From assembly GCF_006345805.1 (NCBI RefSeq), contig NC_043021.1, positions 868,001 to 932,000 on the forward strand: a stretch of 64,000 nucleotides of DNA, given 5' to 3'. Of the stretch, positions 40,152-53,400 are shown in pieces. Every line of letters begins with the position of its first letter. Positions within the stretch are counted from its first letter, which is position 1. The notes below the pieces were generated by a model. That model had not been told where the DNA came from. It saw only the letters and a program-made list of their open reading frames with translations, and ran no database searches. The stretch is from Octopus sinensis. Its lineage: Eukaryota. The translations under genes were made by a program, and so were the position numbers.

Positions 40152-43100
40152 CATGTATATATATGTATGAATTTATTTTTATATAGGGTTCATTGGAGGA
40201 TAAATGTTTCCTAAAAGTAACCAATTTCTTAATCCATGGATTGGAACAATCTCCCAAAGGAATCATTCCTGATATTCTTTCTACTTTGGCTGTTGTTCTT
40301 CATGACAATGGAAACAGATTAAAGAAGGTTTGTTGTATTCTCTCTCTCAACAATTCAGTTTTTGCATAATTAATAAGCTGTTAGAACAGATAGGCTGTTG
40401 GAAATAGCAGCCAAACTCTCTCAACTCAAACTTATTTCCTACCTTAAAGAAATGGATATGACATTGGATAACATTGTGAAATATGGATTCAGGTTCAATC
40501 TCTTTGTGCCATACCTTGAGCAAAGTCTTGTGAGTGAGAAACGGTGTGGAAGCCTGCTGGTTGAAGACCATTCCTGTTCTTGGGGATGGGTTGGATCCAT
40601 CACCTGGTTTACTATCACCCTTGGCTAGATTTAGCAGAGTCTACTCTGTTGCAAGGTTTTGGGTCTGTTCTTCAGTTTGAAGATAACTTCCCCAATGGCC
40701 CAGAGACTTTGGTTGGCATTATGGATGCTGCTCTGCTGCTATTCACTAAACCAGCCAAACAAATCTATGCCTTTCTCTTAATTATAAGACTAGCCTCAGG
40801 TCGTCCCTCATCAAGCAGATTTATTGTCATAGATGTTCCAACCATGACCAACTTTTATTCCTTAATATCAGGAACCACATTGTCCAGTTTGTTCTTTCAT
40901 CATTATCATCATCATCATCATCGTTTAACATCCACTTTCCTTGCTGGCATGGGTTGGATGGTTTGACTGAGGGCTGGCAGGCCAGAATCTAATCAGCACC
41001 AGAATCTAATCTGATCTGACAGAGTTTCAACAGCTGGATGCCCTTCTTAACACCAACCATTCCGAGAGTGTAGTGGGTGTATTTTACGTACCACCAGCAT
41101 GAAGGCCAGTCGGATGGTGTTGGCAACAACCACACTTGAATGGTGCCTTTTGCATGCCACCGGCACAGGACCAGTCAGGTGGCATTGGCATCGACCACGC
41201 TCAAATGGTGCTTTTTATGTGCCACCGGCATGGGTGCCAATTAGGCAGTTCTGTCATCAGCCATAACGACTTCACTTGACTCAACAGGTCTTTGCAAGTG
41301 CAGTATATTGCCCAATGATTGAAGCATACTCTTAAATGGGCTGGTTATGCTGCACTGGCATAGGCCACGATTGTGGTCTCAGCTTACCAGGTCTTCTCAA
41401 GCACAGCATATCTCCAAAGGTCTCAGCCCAGGTCTTCCTGGGTCTACCCCTTCCACAGGTTCCCTTTATTGCTAGGGTGTGACACTTTTTCACACAGCTG
41501 TCCTCATCCATACGCAACATATGACCATACCAACGCAGTAGTCTCTCTTGCACACCACATCTGATGCTTCTTTATGCACACTGACATTACACATTCAGCG
41601 GAGCATACTGGCTCCATTTCTTGCGAGCTTACGCATGTCCTCAGCAGTCACCACCCATGTTTCACTGCCATGTAGCATGACTGTTTGTGCACATGCATCA
41701 TACAGTCTCCTTTTTACCCTGAGCAAGCGGCCCTTTCTTACCAGCAGAGGTAGGAGCTCCCTGAACTTTGCCCAGGCTATTCTTATTCTGGCAGCTACAC
41801 TCTCAGAGCATCCACTCCGGCTACTGACTTGGTCACCTAGGTAACGGAAGCTATCAACTCTTTCTAGTTTTTCCCCCTGGCATGTGATGGAGGCTGTTTT
41901 CTGCACATTTCTTTGCTAAAATAGCAGGATATGATAGGAAGAAGATTTAGCTGCTATTTCCATTAAGTTGAGTGACATGTGGATGTCCTGTCATTGGCTT
42001 GAAACACAAATAAGTGATGAGGGAGTGTATGCTTAGTGTTCTGGTCCCAGAAAGATTAGAGGAAGAGCTAGGATTTGAACTAAGAATAAAGAGAATTGAA
42101 AGTAAAAACTTTTTTAATGTCATCAATTGCTATGTCAGAGTCTTTGCATGGTCACTTGATCTACTAGAAATAACAGCCAAATGCCTCTCGAATCATTCTG
42201 CTGTTTTATATCAGGACACCACACATTAGACAACGTAGTTCTCTATATTCCTAAAATGACAGGATGGTCATGGTTGAAATGGCCTTGCTTGTAGTTTTGT
42301 TCAGTCAGGGTTGATCTGAAGCTAAACAACAATTCCATCAATCTAATAATAACAATAATTGTCTTTCATTGTATTTTTCTTTCAGTTCTATGAGTTGCTG
42401 CTGGGCGAGACTGGTTTGTTTGTAGAGTTGTGTGAGTCGACAGAAGATGGCGTATTGAAAGGACTCCTCTGTTGCCTAGAGAACATTACTCTCAAGTACG
42501 GAAAACAACATTTTATTAATCACATATAATATTTATTGTTATGATACAGTCTTTAGTATTATATCACATATAACATTTACTGTTATCATATAGTCGTTAA
42601 TGTTATATCACATATAGGTCAAACTGGAGCTGTTTCTAGGCAAGGCAGCTTTGTTGTCTATGTAATATTCAATGTTATATCCCGGCCTAATTAAATTCAT
42701 AAAATAACAACTTACTTGAAATGATGTCACAACTTACATCCCATCACAACACACAGACAGATCTTTTGCTGGAGAATTTAAGTTAATTTTTGCCAATTTA
42801 CCATTGTTTTTGTTCTTTTTAAATCTAGTTGGTTTCTTTACCTTATAAAGCCTTCCCAAAAGGAGACCCTTTCCTTAGCAACACAGTTAAGAACTTTCTA
42901 AACTTCTGCCTTCATTTCTATTCATTCATTTCTTTTGTTATTGTTGCAACCATGTAACCATCTCCACCCCAAATTAGGAACCCAGCTAACAGAAACAACC
43001 ATCTGCTATTTCTAATTAGCTGCCTTGAGCCCTGATTTATAACTATTCCTCAACGTAATATTATATGTGAAATCCTGGTTCTCTCTCTCAGAGACCCTAC

Positions 43101-46100
43101 TCTGGCTTTGACTCAATTGTAACAATTCCTTGTTACAAACCAAGCAAGTCCCCTTGTCCAGATGTCGTTGTAATTATGTAAAATCTCTTATTCATTAGTA
43201 CTTTGGTCTTTATTGTGTTGACCTTTGGACTTTTGGCTAAATAATGAATCTTTTTCTGCATTTTTAATTTCAGGTCAGGAAATTCCCCATACATGGAGGA
43301 GAAATATGTATCAGCATGCATCGATATTTTCTTGAAGATCCTCTATGACATTCCAGGTTTAACTATGGACATCCTACCAAAGTGTAGAGTATGTATGACC
43401 CTTCAGTACCACTTCACACTCTGCTAATTAGGTACCTTTGTAGAGGGAGGGGCAGCTGGTGGTGTTCAATCACTTTTGAATTTCTTGGATTAGGTCTGCT
43501 TGAGCAACACTACGGTCATGTGTGGCCACCATCACTGAATCCTTATTGGAGGTACACCACCTGAACATAGACATCCTGGTACACTGAGGTACGCTAATAT
43601 CCAGCTATATCAAGGTACCATACCTTAACATGAATACCTAGATGTCTTGAACAGGTTGCTGCTCCCGCTTCTAATATTGTAGAACAGTGCAACTGGTGAA
43701 TTATTGTAATCCCAATGTATTACTGGTATCTGATTCATCTAGAATGGAGAAAGAAGGAAGAGGTTTGAAATGATCAGCAATGGTTGGCAAGGAGACCACA
43801 ACCACACAACTCCCTAATTTTAAGTTTATTGATTCTCATCACAAATAACTTTAAAAAGTAGTGCAAGAACACCACAACACATCACCCTTCCGACCCCTAA
43901 TTAATGATTTGGACTAAAGTTGAGTGTCCATCTTTAGATCAAATTGGGGAAACAAAAGGAATGGCACTAAAATGCCATAAAACTGTCACATTATGTATCC
44001 TTTTATATTTAGAGAGAGAGCAGCAATTCAGTTTGTCTCTGGTCTAATTCAGGTACATGTTGATAAGCCACCAAAATGATAAAATATTGGTATCTGTCAC
44101 ACCTGAATGGGATGGAGGTGAGTTGTCTCACCTGTCTATGACTTTCAGGTGTTTTAACACCCAGTGCTATGAGGGAGTTATCTCTAAAGTGCTATTCTAC
44201 AGTGATCTGGCAAACAAGCAAAACATACATTATGTTTGGACAATAATATATGTTTGTATGTACATACATATGCATGTACACACTTACACGCACACACACG
44301 TACACCATACCATTATCTGATATTTACCATATGACCAAAGATCAGAGTTCATATGATATCATCATTGTCATTTAACATCCATAATTCACTAGTCTTGACC
44401 CCTCGACTGAGGCGGAGGGTGAGTTTATACCTGCTGTTGAGAGGCTCATGTATGATAAAGGGACAGGAAGAGGTGTCATATTATGGAGGGGATCCATGAC
44501 TTCTCTGTATTCCATGAGGGGACCATCAACTGACCATACCCTGTACTCTTACCATTAATAAAGTCAGTGTTCTACTTGTATTCCATTCCATTAAGTAATA
44601 TGCATTACTCAAAGAATTCTAATAAGTTTTTTCCATGTTTGTTTATATTTTACATTTTTCAGATCCTGTGTCACACATTAAGAGGTCTACACAATATCGT
44701 TTTAGCTACACGTTCAGTCCCTCTTGAAACCATTGGACTTTTACTGTCAGCTGTCTGGGTAAAAGCTTCTTACTCTTGCCTTTATGTTCTTACTGAAATC
44801 TCTGATATTTATTCTCTCCACCACAATGATTATTTCACTCCCTTCTCTCCTTATATTTACTCACAGTTAATAATTAAGTGAATTAATTGCCAGTATTCTC
44901 TTCCAGAATTATGTGTTCTATGGTTTGGCCAGTTACCCACTCACCACTCCGCAGACTCTTTACCCGATTCCAATGAGTCAATACAATCCATCTGTGTCCA
45001 GTAACAACTCAGCCAAGGTGGACACAACTGGGAAACAACCTCAGAAGAAGAAGAAGAAAAAGAAACTGGTGCCCAGACGCCAGTCCAATCCCAAAGACAC
45101 AGAGGACGATGTCCAGTATGGCAATAGCTTTTCATTGTTTCCATCTTCCTTACTAAGTCGTGACCTCAGTAACACCATCGAAGACCCTCTTCTTTGTAAC
45201 CTTCTGGGAAACCTTCACCTGAACAACGAGTTGAGTGGGCGTGGCTATGTGAGTAGCTCTGAGTCCGAACTCTCTGACTCTGATACTTCACAGGTCGGCG
45301 GGAAACACCGATCTCATTACATCAAAGTTCGACAGGCTGCTCTCGGAACTTTATATATCATCTTTAAGGTAATCCATACTTGAGACTTCTTGATCAGTTT
45401 TTACCTGATTTACAGCTGTTGTTATTTAGCCCTGGGTCAGTTTCATTGAGTAGACCCATAATCAGAAGTATTCCAGCCATGACCTTTCTGTATGTTTAGA
45501 AACTAACATTGTACATTCTGTCTTTGGCAGGATGGGATTGAAGAACATTTGGCTGCTATTTCAAGCACATTGAGCAACTGAATATTGGATTGTTTAACAG
45601 TTGTGACCTAATGTCTTACACACACACGTGTGTGTGTGTGTACATTTAATTATATAGGCATGGATGTGTGGTTAAGAAGCTATGAGTTTTGGGTTCAGTT
45701 CCACTGCATGGCACCTTAGATAGGTGGTTCTATTATAGCCCCAGGCTGATCAATGACCTGTCGGTCGATTTGATTGATAGAAACAGGGGCAGTCTATTGT
45801 GTGTGTGTGTGTTTTACCTCTTCCAAAACCCATCTTGGTTTGTTTGCCTCCTTGTGACTTAGTGGTTTTACAAAAGAGAGATTGATAGAATATGTTATTC
45901 ACCGTAAAAATCAGTTCTGGGGTAGATTGGATTGACTAGACCCTTCAGGGCACTACTCCAGCATGGCCACAGTCCAGTTAGGTGTATATACATACACATA
46001 TACACTCATACAAGTATGCACACTCATTCATAGATACACATATACATACATATATTCTATACCAATGCTCTATGTCTCTTTGTATGCTTGACCTGCTAGA

Positions 46101-46965
46101 AGCAGCAGCTAAATCACCCTAAAACTACACCCTCCTGTTTTAAAAAAACTAGAACATATTGACTAATTAGTTCTAGATAGGACTGGATAGTCATGGTTGG
46201 CTTGCCTCTGACTGTAGGCCTGCTGGATCAGTGGACTTAACACCATGCTTCTTTAAAAAAAGAATCAATCAATATCATCAATGGATACCATTTCACTGTG
46301 GCCTTTCTTCTCATAGTTTACAGATCGCAAAGTAATCTTTGGTTACTGGATGTGTTTTGTTCCTGACGTTCCTATTGCTGGGAATATTCAACAAGTCCGC
46401 TCTATACTCACCATTATTTTACGAGACCCATCGCCCAAGGTAAGACCATCATCTTTTCTTCTTTATCCCTTTGATTCAATCTCTTGGAGTGAAATATTCT
46501 AGAACATTCAGTCTGAACACTGTCTTCCTTTCTAAAACTGACCATTGTCTCCCTGGCACAACTACCCAGCTATGTCTGTTAATACCCTGCCTATTGAAGT
46601 GTGTTTGTTGTAATAAAATATTTAACATTGTTTTAACACTGAACAATGGCCTGCAAAGAAGAGTTTGACAAATAGGGATGTGTCAGATATATCTGACAAA
46701 CTTTGCAATGAAAACAAAATGAATTTTTAAACTGGAAAACCCCAAACCTTACAAATTTCACTTCATTTTGTTGGATTGTGTTTTGGGAATCAATTAAGTT
46801 CAATAAAGTCTGATAATAATGAAGGGAAATTTCTCGTAAAGTTTGCGTGAATTTATGAAAGGACAGCAAAACTGACTGAGTTTGTAGAGCATCAAATCCC
46901 ACTGAGGTCTAGCTGACCTTTCATCATCTCTGGATGAATAAAATACCAATCAAGTATTTAGCTCG

Positions 46966-47027
<62 letters not shown>

Positions 47028-50000
47028 TCTCTCACCCTCTCTCCCTCTCTTTCCCCTCATCTATGATGCAACATGAGAAAGATCATGAAGTGGCAGTGGA
47101 CAGCAACCCTTGCCCTATAAAAAGGGATGGACTGGAAACTGTCCAGGGCCCTTATGACCTGCCTCAACTCTTTTGGTACCAGGTTACTTTGCAGGATTAT
47201 GCTTTACCATTGGTCAAACTTCGTATCCACCCAATGACTCTCCTCAGAAACTGGGATGCCTCTTGTTACTTGCATGATTCCAGACTGCCAACTCAGAATG
47301 TTTGGCCATGGTGCTTGATTTTCTGAGTTTGACCCTGCTTACCATGTCCTCTTCACTGAGGATCTCAATGGGTTGACCACATGCCATGTGGTCATGGCAG
47401 ATGAGATAGTATCTCTTAGAGACAAGGACTGACCGGGACTCTGCTCAACAGGTTGCCAAGAAGGCCCCAGGAATTTACTGACAAATGGTGAATGCAGCAA
47501 CAGCACGTTCCCCTACACCGGATGTGACATGATTGGTGAAGGAGGCAATAAACCCTTTTTATAACAAAATCTGATTACTTACAGAAAATGTCCAGGTACA
47601 GAATGGTCTGCTATACAGAATGGAACATAAAAAACAAACAAGACAAGTAAAACCAGAAGACTAGTGTTCACTTTCATGTCAACATTTTGCTATTTATGAC
47701 TTGTTTCCATGACATCAATTAAATTTACATTATTTACATTCAACGGATATTTATCCTCATCTTGTTTGTTGTTAACATAACGTTTCGGCTGATATACCCT
47801 CCAGCCTTCATCAGGTGTCTTGGGGAAATTTCGAGCCTGGGTTTTCATTCCTAAGGTACGCCATATGCCCATGGGCATATGGCATAGGGATTAAGAGTGC
47901 GGCCTACTAACCCCAAGATTCTGAGTTCGATTCCAAGCAGTGACCTGAACAATAATAATAATAACATTGAAAAATACCTTTGGAATGAGAACCCAGGTTC
48001 GAAATTTCCCCAAGACACCTGAAGAAGGCTGGAGGGTATATCAGCCGAAACGTTGTGTTAACAACAAACAAGGTGAGGACAAATATACGTCGAAAATACA
48101 TAATATAAATAATGTACATAATTCCTCATCTCTTAGATATAGAATCAATTAAATTTCTTTTCTTCTCTTACCAGTGTCGACTTGGTGCTCTTGGTGCACT
48201 TTCTGCCCTTATTGAGGGCACAAGACCCTTCTTGGCTGCAGCTGAGTACACGTGAGTCATTTGTTATGTTGACTTCAGTAAAAAACAAAACAATCTATAC
48301 ACAGCAGTTATAGTCCCAGTGTCTTTAACTGTGTCACTAACATATTTTAACCAACCTAAAGTTCTCCTATGCCTAAACACTGCTTAGTGCTGATATTAAA
48401 GTAATATATATACATACACCCACACACACAGATATATATATATATATATATATATAGTTTACTATCACATTATAAGTGGGATCAACAAAAAAGGTCCTCC
48501 ATCCAGTGAAAAATAAATATCATTTTATAAGCACAATTTACATTAGAGTTTCATGCTTTAGAGAAACCATAAATTGGCAAATTTGTATAACCTGCCATGG
48601 ATCTCCAAGCTTGGAAATACATAGCATATTATATAATTCTGCCAATTTATGGTATCTCTAAAGCATGAACCTGTTAGTAACTCTTTTGTAACTACGTTTA
48701 TTAAATGACTAGCATTAAAGACTCGTCGTTGCCGGGTCATAGTGCTAGTGCATGTATATATGTGTACATATTACATGTACATCTATATATATATATCTAC
48801 ACATAAAATACGAAATACAAAGTTGTATCTTGATATTGCTAGTGATAACAATACTCAAAATATATAACAAACTGGAATTGTTAGCCCGTCTCTTGTAATT
48901 TTGATCAATTGTATCTTGTCCTCCCTCTTGTATAGAAGTGTGGCTACAATCCAGCCTACCTCTACTTCTGGTGTATGTTTGTGTGGGGGGCATTTAAAAT
49001 TTTTTTCCAGCACATCCTACGTCCCAGATATAAAGGTAAAAATAAAATATTTCCACTTTGCAAGGTTCGAGTCGAGTACTCCCTTGCACGCTCCGTTGAC
49101 TCGAACCTTGCTTCTATTGTGGCGAATTTACCGCCTCTGGTTAGATATTTTTCATAGTCGCACCATGACACTTTACGAAGGTGCTTTCCTCCATGTGTTC
49201 AAATCTTCTTTTTTCTCTACATTGTATACTTTATAGACAATAGTCTTTTCTTTAATTTAATTTTTTATTATCCATCTGGACTATTCCATTTCTGCACGCT
49301 AATTTTATTTTTAATTTATTCCCATTCATGTGAAACCACTTATTCAAGTTCAAGTCATTGATGCAATTTTATACCAATTGCTATTTTTACTTTTGTTATG
49401 TTACGATTATATTATACTTTAGTTTGATTTTAATTATTACTTACTACATATAATTCTATTGTTATTATTATTTTTATTGTTAAAGTGAAAGTATCTGACA
49501 TAAAATAGAGAAATGTTTTTGTTTCGCTTTTAACACGTAATACTGAAATAGTGGAGAAGATATGATATTGCTATGGGCTCGCTCTAGGCAAGAAGTTGAA
49601 CATTTTTTTTGCCCATGAAACTACATGGACCCTAAGTAAGACATGTGTAAAATTTGAATGAAATTGGTTGTGTAGTTCTCAAGTTTTAGGGAAACACACA
49701 GACAGACAGACAGACATTCTCAGTTTTATATATATAAAGATATATATACACACATGAGGTGGTGCTGAAAAGTTCCTGGTTTTAAAGGTATCACAGAGAG
49801 TCTGGTTGGAAGCCCAATCTTCTAAGTTCTTTTACAGAGCTTAGGAAAACTGAAGGACCACTGCAATAAGTTTGTGAATCTGAGAGGGGAATATGTTGAA
49901 CAAAATCATAATTAACTGATCATCCTGTATTTTCTTTTACCTAAAGTCATGTATGTATATATATATATATATATAATATTATATATCATATATTTTTTTC

Positions 50001-50401
50001 TATTGGATGAATGTAAGTTCATCCTTTAATGGAATTATTTCCAAGTATGAATATGTTAATTCTAAAATGGTAACTAAGAGACAATCTCTGTACTTTTTAG
50101 TTTCTATATCAGCTACTGACAAGTACAAATATGACTTTTGCGATTTTCTGTTTATGAATGTCTGAGTCTTTTTCTATGAAACAAATTGTATAGCAACATG
50201 CAAAATAAAAGACTAGAATCCATTTTAACATCGAATCTCCTCCATTACATAAAGATGAACGAATTTGTTGAACTCTGTTTAATAAGTCATATACTTATTG
50301 TTTATGTATGTATGACTCTGTCTGTCTGTCTTGTATATACAGTCACATGATTTAGAGCTCTACATAGATTACCATTATTCAGTCAGTGTTTATCATAATT
50401 T

Positions 50402-50445
<44 letters not shown>

Positions 50446-53400
50446 TCCACACACGAGTGTGTGCGTGTGTGTGTGTGTGAAAGCGAGTGATGCTATTAAC
50501 ACTTATCTTTACCAAATGTTGTTTATATTTTATTGAAATAGTAATTCTTTGAGAATTCTACAACATATATATCAACAAGTATCTCTAAAATTCTTTGCTT
50601 TTTGTTTTCATTCTTTCTTTCTTTCATTTTCAGTGATCAAGTCCGAACTGCTTTCATGCCATTCTCCCTTGTTCTTGGGTCAACCCTGAAAGAATTACAT
50701 CGTAGTTTGTTACTTGCTGTGGTTTCTGAGAATTATCCCCTCACGCTCACCCAGCTCGTGAAAGTACGTACCATTTATAGATTCAACACATTGTTCCATT
50801 GCCCAGTGGTCATTAGGCTATATAGCCATTACTGCTATACATATTTGATGAGGGATTGCCTAGCTTGCTTCTCAACCACTTGGTTCTGGGTTCAGTCCCA
50901 TTGCATGGCTAACTGAAGCCTCGTGTGAATCAGTTTGGAGCTGGAAGTTCTGTCCTGTATAAATGTGTGGAAGTGCTTGTGCCGACTTTAGTATATATTG
51001 TTTTAAGGTTCATTGCTTCTTGCTTGTAGGGTTGGTCAAAGTTTATTTAAGCAGATGTTTTTGTATGGCTTGATGTCCTCCCCTTCACCAGCCCTCACTT
51101 GTTTCTGAGCAAAGTAGTATTTCCCCTTGGCCAGATATGTTCTCGCAGAATAATGGAAATCAACGACACTGCTTGTGTGACAGAGACAATCATGTGATGT
51201 CAAGACATGCACACACACACACACCAGATATCAGTCAGCATCAATCAGTGTTGGCATGGGTTGGACGAGGCTTTTTCAGGCAGTATTCTCTGGCAGGCTT
51301 CCCTTCCTGATGCCAAGATGCATCTACAAGATTCCTTTCTCAAGAAATTGCTTAACCTGGGACTCTTGTAGAAGACACTTGTCCAAAGTGCTGCATGGTG
51401 GGATTGAACCTGGAATCCCATGATTATGAAGAACACTTCTTAAGCACACACCCATACCAAGAATTAGTTTTAGTTTTGGCCTATTCTCCTCAATTTCTGT
51501 CTTGTCTTCCCAATCACCCTCTCCATTTGCCATGACTCTCACTTGTATTTCCAGTCAATCTATGTTTCTCAATAATTTTTATTTGAATCTTGTTTCAGTG
51601 TATCTCAACCCTGGTGGCCAACAGCCCTTACCACAGATTGAAACCTGGTCTTTTGACTCGTATTGTCAAACAGTTGAAGTACCTGGTCAGGCATCGAGGT
51701 ATGTAATCATCAAAGCTGCATCTTCTTATAATACCCTAGTACCAAGAGACACCATCAGCTTACCTTGGTACCAAGAGACACCATCAGCTTACCTTGGTAC
51801 CAAGAGACACCATCAGCTTACCTTGGTACCAAGAGACACCATCAGCTTACCTTGGTACCAAGAGACACCATCAGCTTCCCTTGGTACCAAGAGACACTGT
51901 CTCAGCTTACTTTGGTACCAAGAGAACACCATCAGCTTACCTTGGTACCAAGAGACACCATCAGCTTACCTTGGTACCAAGAGACAACATCAGCTTACCT
52001 TGGTACCAAGAGACACCATCAGCTTACCTTGGTACCAAGAGACACCATCAGCTTACCTTGGTACCAAGAGACACCATCAGCTTACCTTGGTACCAAGAGA
52101 CACCATCAGCTTACCTTGGTACCAAGAGACACCATCAGCTTACCTCGGTACCAAGAGACACAATCAGCTTACCTCGGTACCAAGAAACACCATCAGCTTA
52201 CCTCGGTACCAAGAGACTCTGTGATACTTTGGTATCAAGCGACTGATGTTACCATGCTTCCAAATAGATTCTACCAATTTGCTATGGCACCAATGGATTT
52301 TGCAATGTTATGAACTGTGAACTTTTCATCAATGAGATTTGACTTAGAAATAGCAGCCAAATGTTCCTCAAATCTCTTATTATTGTCTTTAAAAAAGAAC
52401 AGCAAATTGAATGCTGTAAAATAAATGTATTAAGTCTACATAAAAACGGGGTCGTCACAGAATGGATTGCCTTTAGTCATAGGTCTACCCAGATTAGGGT
52501 TGAATTAGGGCTAAACAACGTCTGGTTTTCTCCATATGTTCATCATGGCACCATGCTGGTCTTCCTGAATATATTCTAGGCATGATGAATTCATTCTGTT
52601 GACAACAATGTCATGGCTCCACCCAATCTGGAGTTGAAGGATAACTGAGTGAAGTTAATGTTGTGTCAATGTTCAAGTTGTATTATTGAATATTAAGGAC
52701 TGAGAGGGGCCAGAGTAGGGTTAGGGTTTGATTAGCAATAGAAAAAACTGGACAGGGGTGGGCGAATTACTGACAGAAAACTAATGAATAGGGACCAGTG
52801 GTTGCTGCATCAATCACATCATCAGCTTTTATTGGGGTCAGTGTATGCAGTATGTGATGGCTGTGTGTGTGTGGTATTAAAGACGTGTGTGTATGTACAT
52901 ATATATATATATATATGCGTGTGTGTGTGTGTGTATGGTTCAGTGGTTAGGGCACCAGGCTCACAATTATGAAGTAGTGAGTTTGATTCCTGAACCAGGC
53001 TGTGTATTGTGTTCTTGAGCAAGACTTTCACATTTCTCCAGTTCACTCAGCTGCGACATCACTAGTGCCAAGCTGTATCAGCCTTTACCTTTCCCTTGGA
53101 TAACATCGGTAGCATAGAGAGGAGAGGTTGGTATGCATGAGTGACTGCTGGTCTTCCACAAACAACTTTTCCTGGACTTGTTCCTCAGAGGGGAAGTTTC
53201 TAGGTGCAATCCCATGGCCATTCGTGACTGAAGGGGGTCTTTACCTCTATGTAATAGGTAATATGTTAGTGTTTCGTGTGGTATAGTTATATATCAGGGG
53301 TTGTAAAAGATTAACAACTGAATTATTTTTCTATTTCATTTTGAAGAGTAAACTTATTGTTTGGGAGGCAAAATGAAGTGATATTTAGTTAAAATGCTGT

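Noticed and set aside
47375-47393. 19-bp palindrome GACCACATG-C-CATGTGGTC
   Set aside because: Within chance expectation and inside probable decayed TE sequence.
47880-47945. Functional tRNA gene
   Set aside because: Arms are mismatched and it continues into a repeat body; treated as a SINE head. Same for the other tRNA-like heads.
51502-52313. 240, 182 and 150 aa ORFs
   Set aside because: Produced by the stop-free 29-bp minisatellite; the true exon 11 is read in a different frame from 51502..52224.
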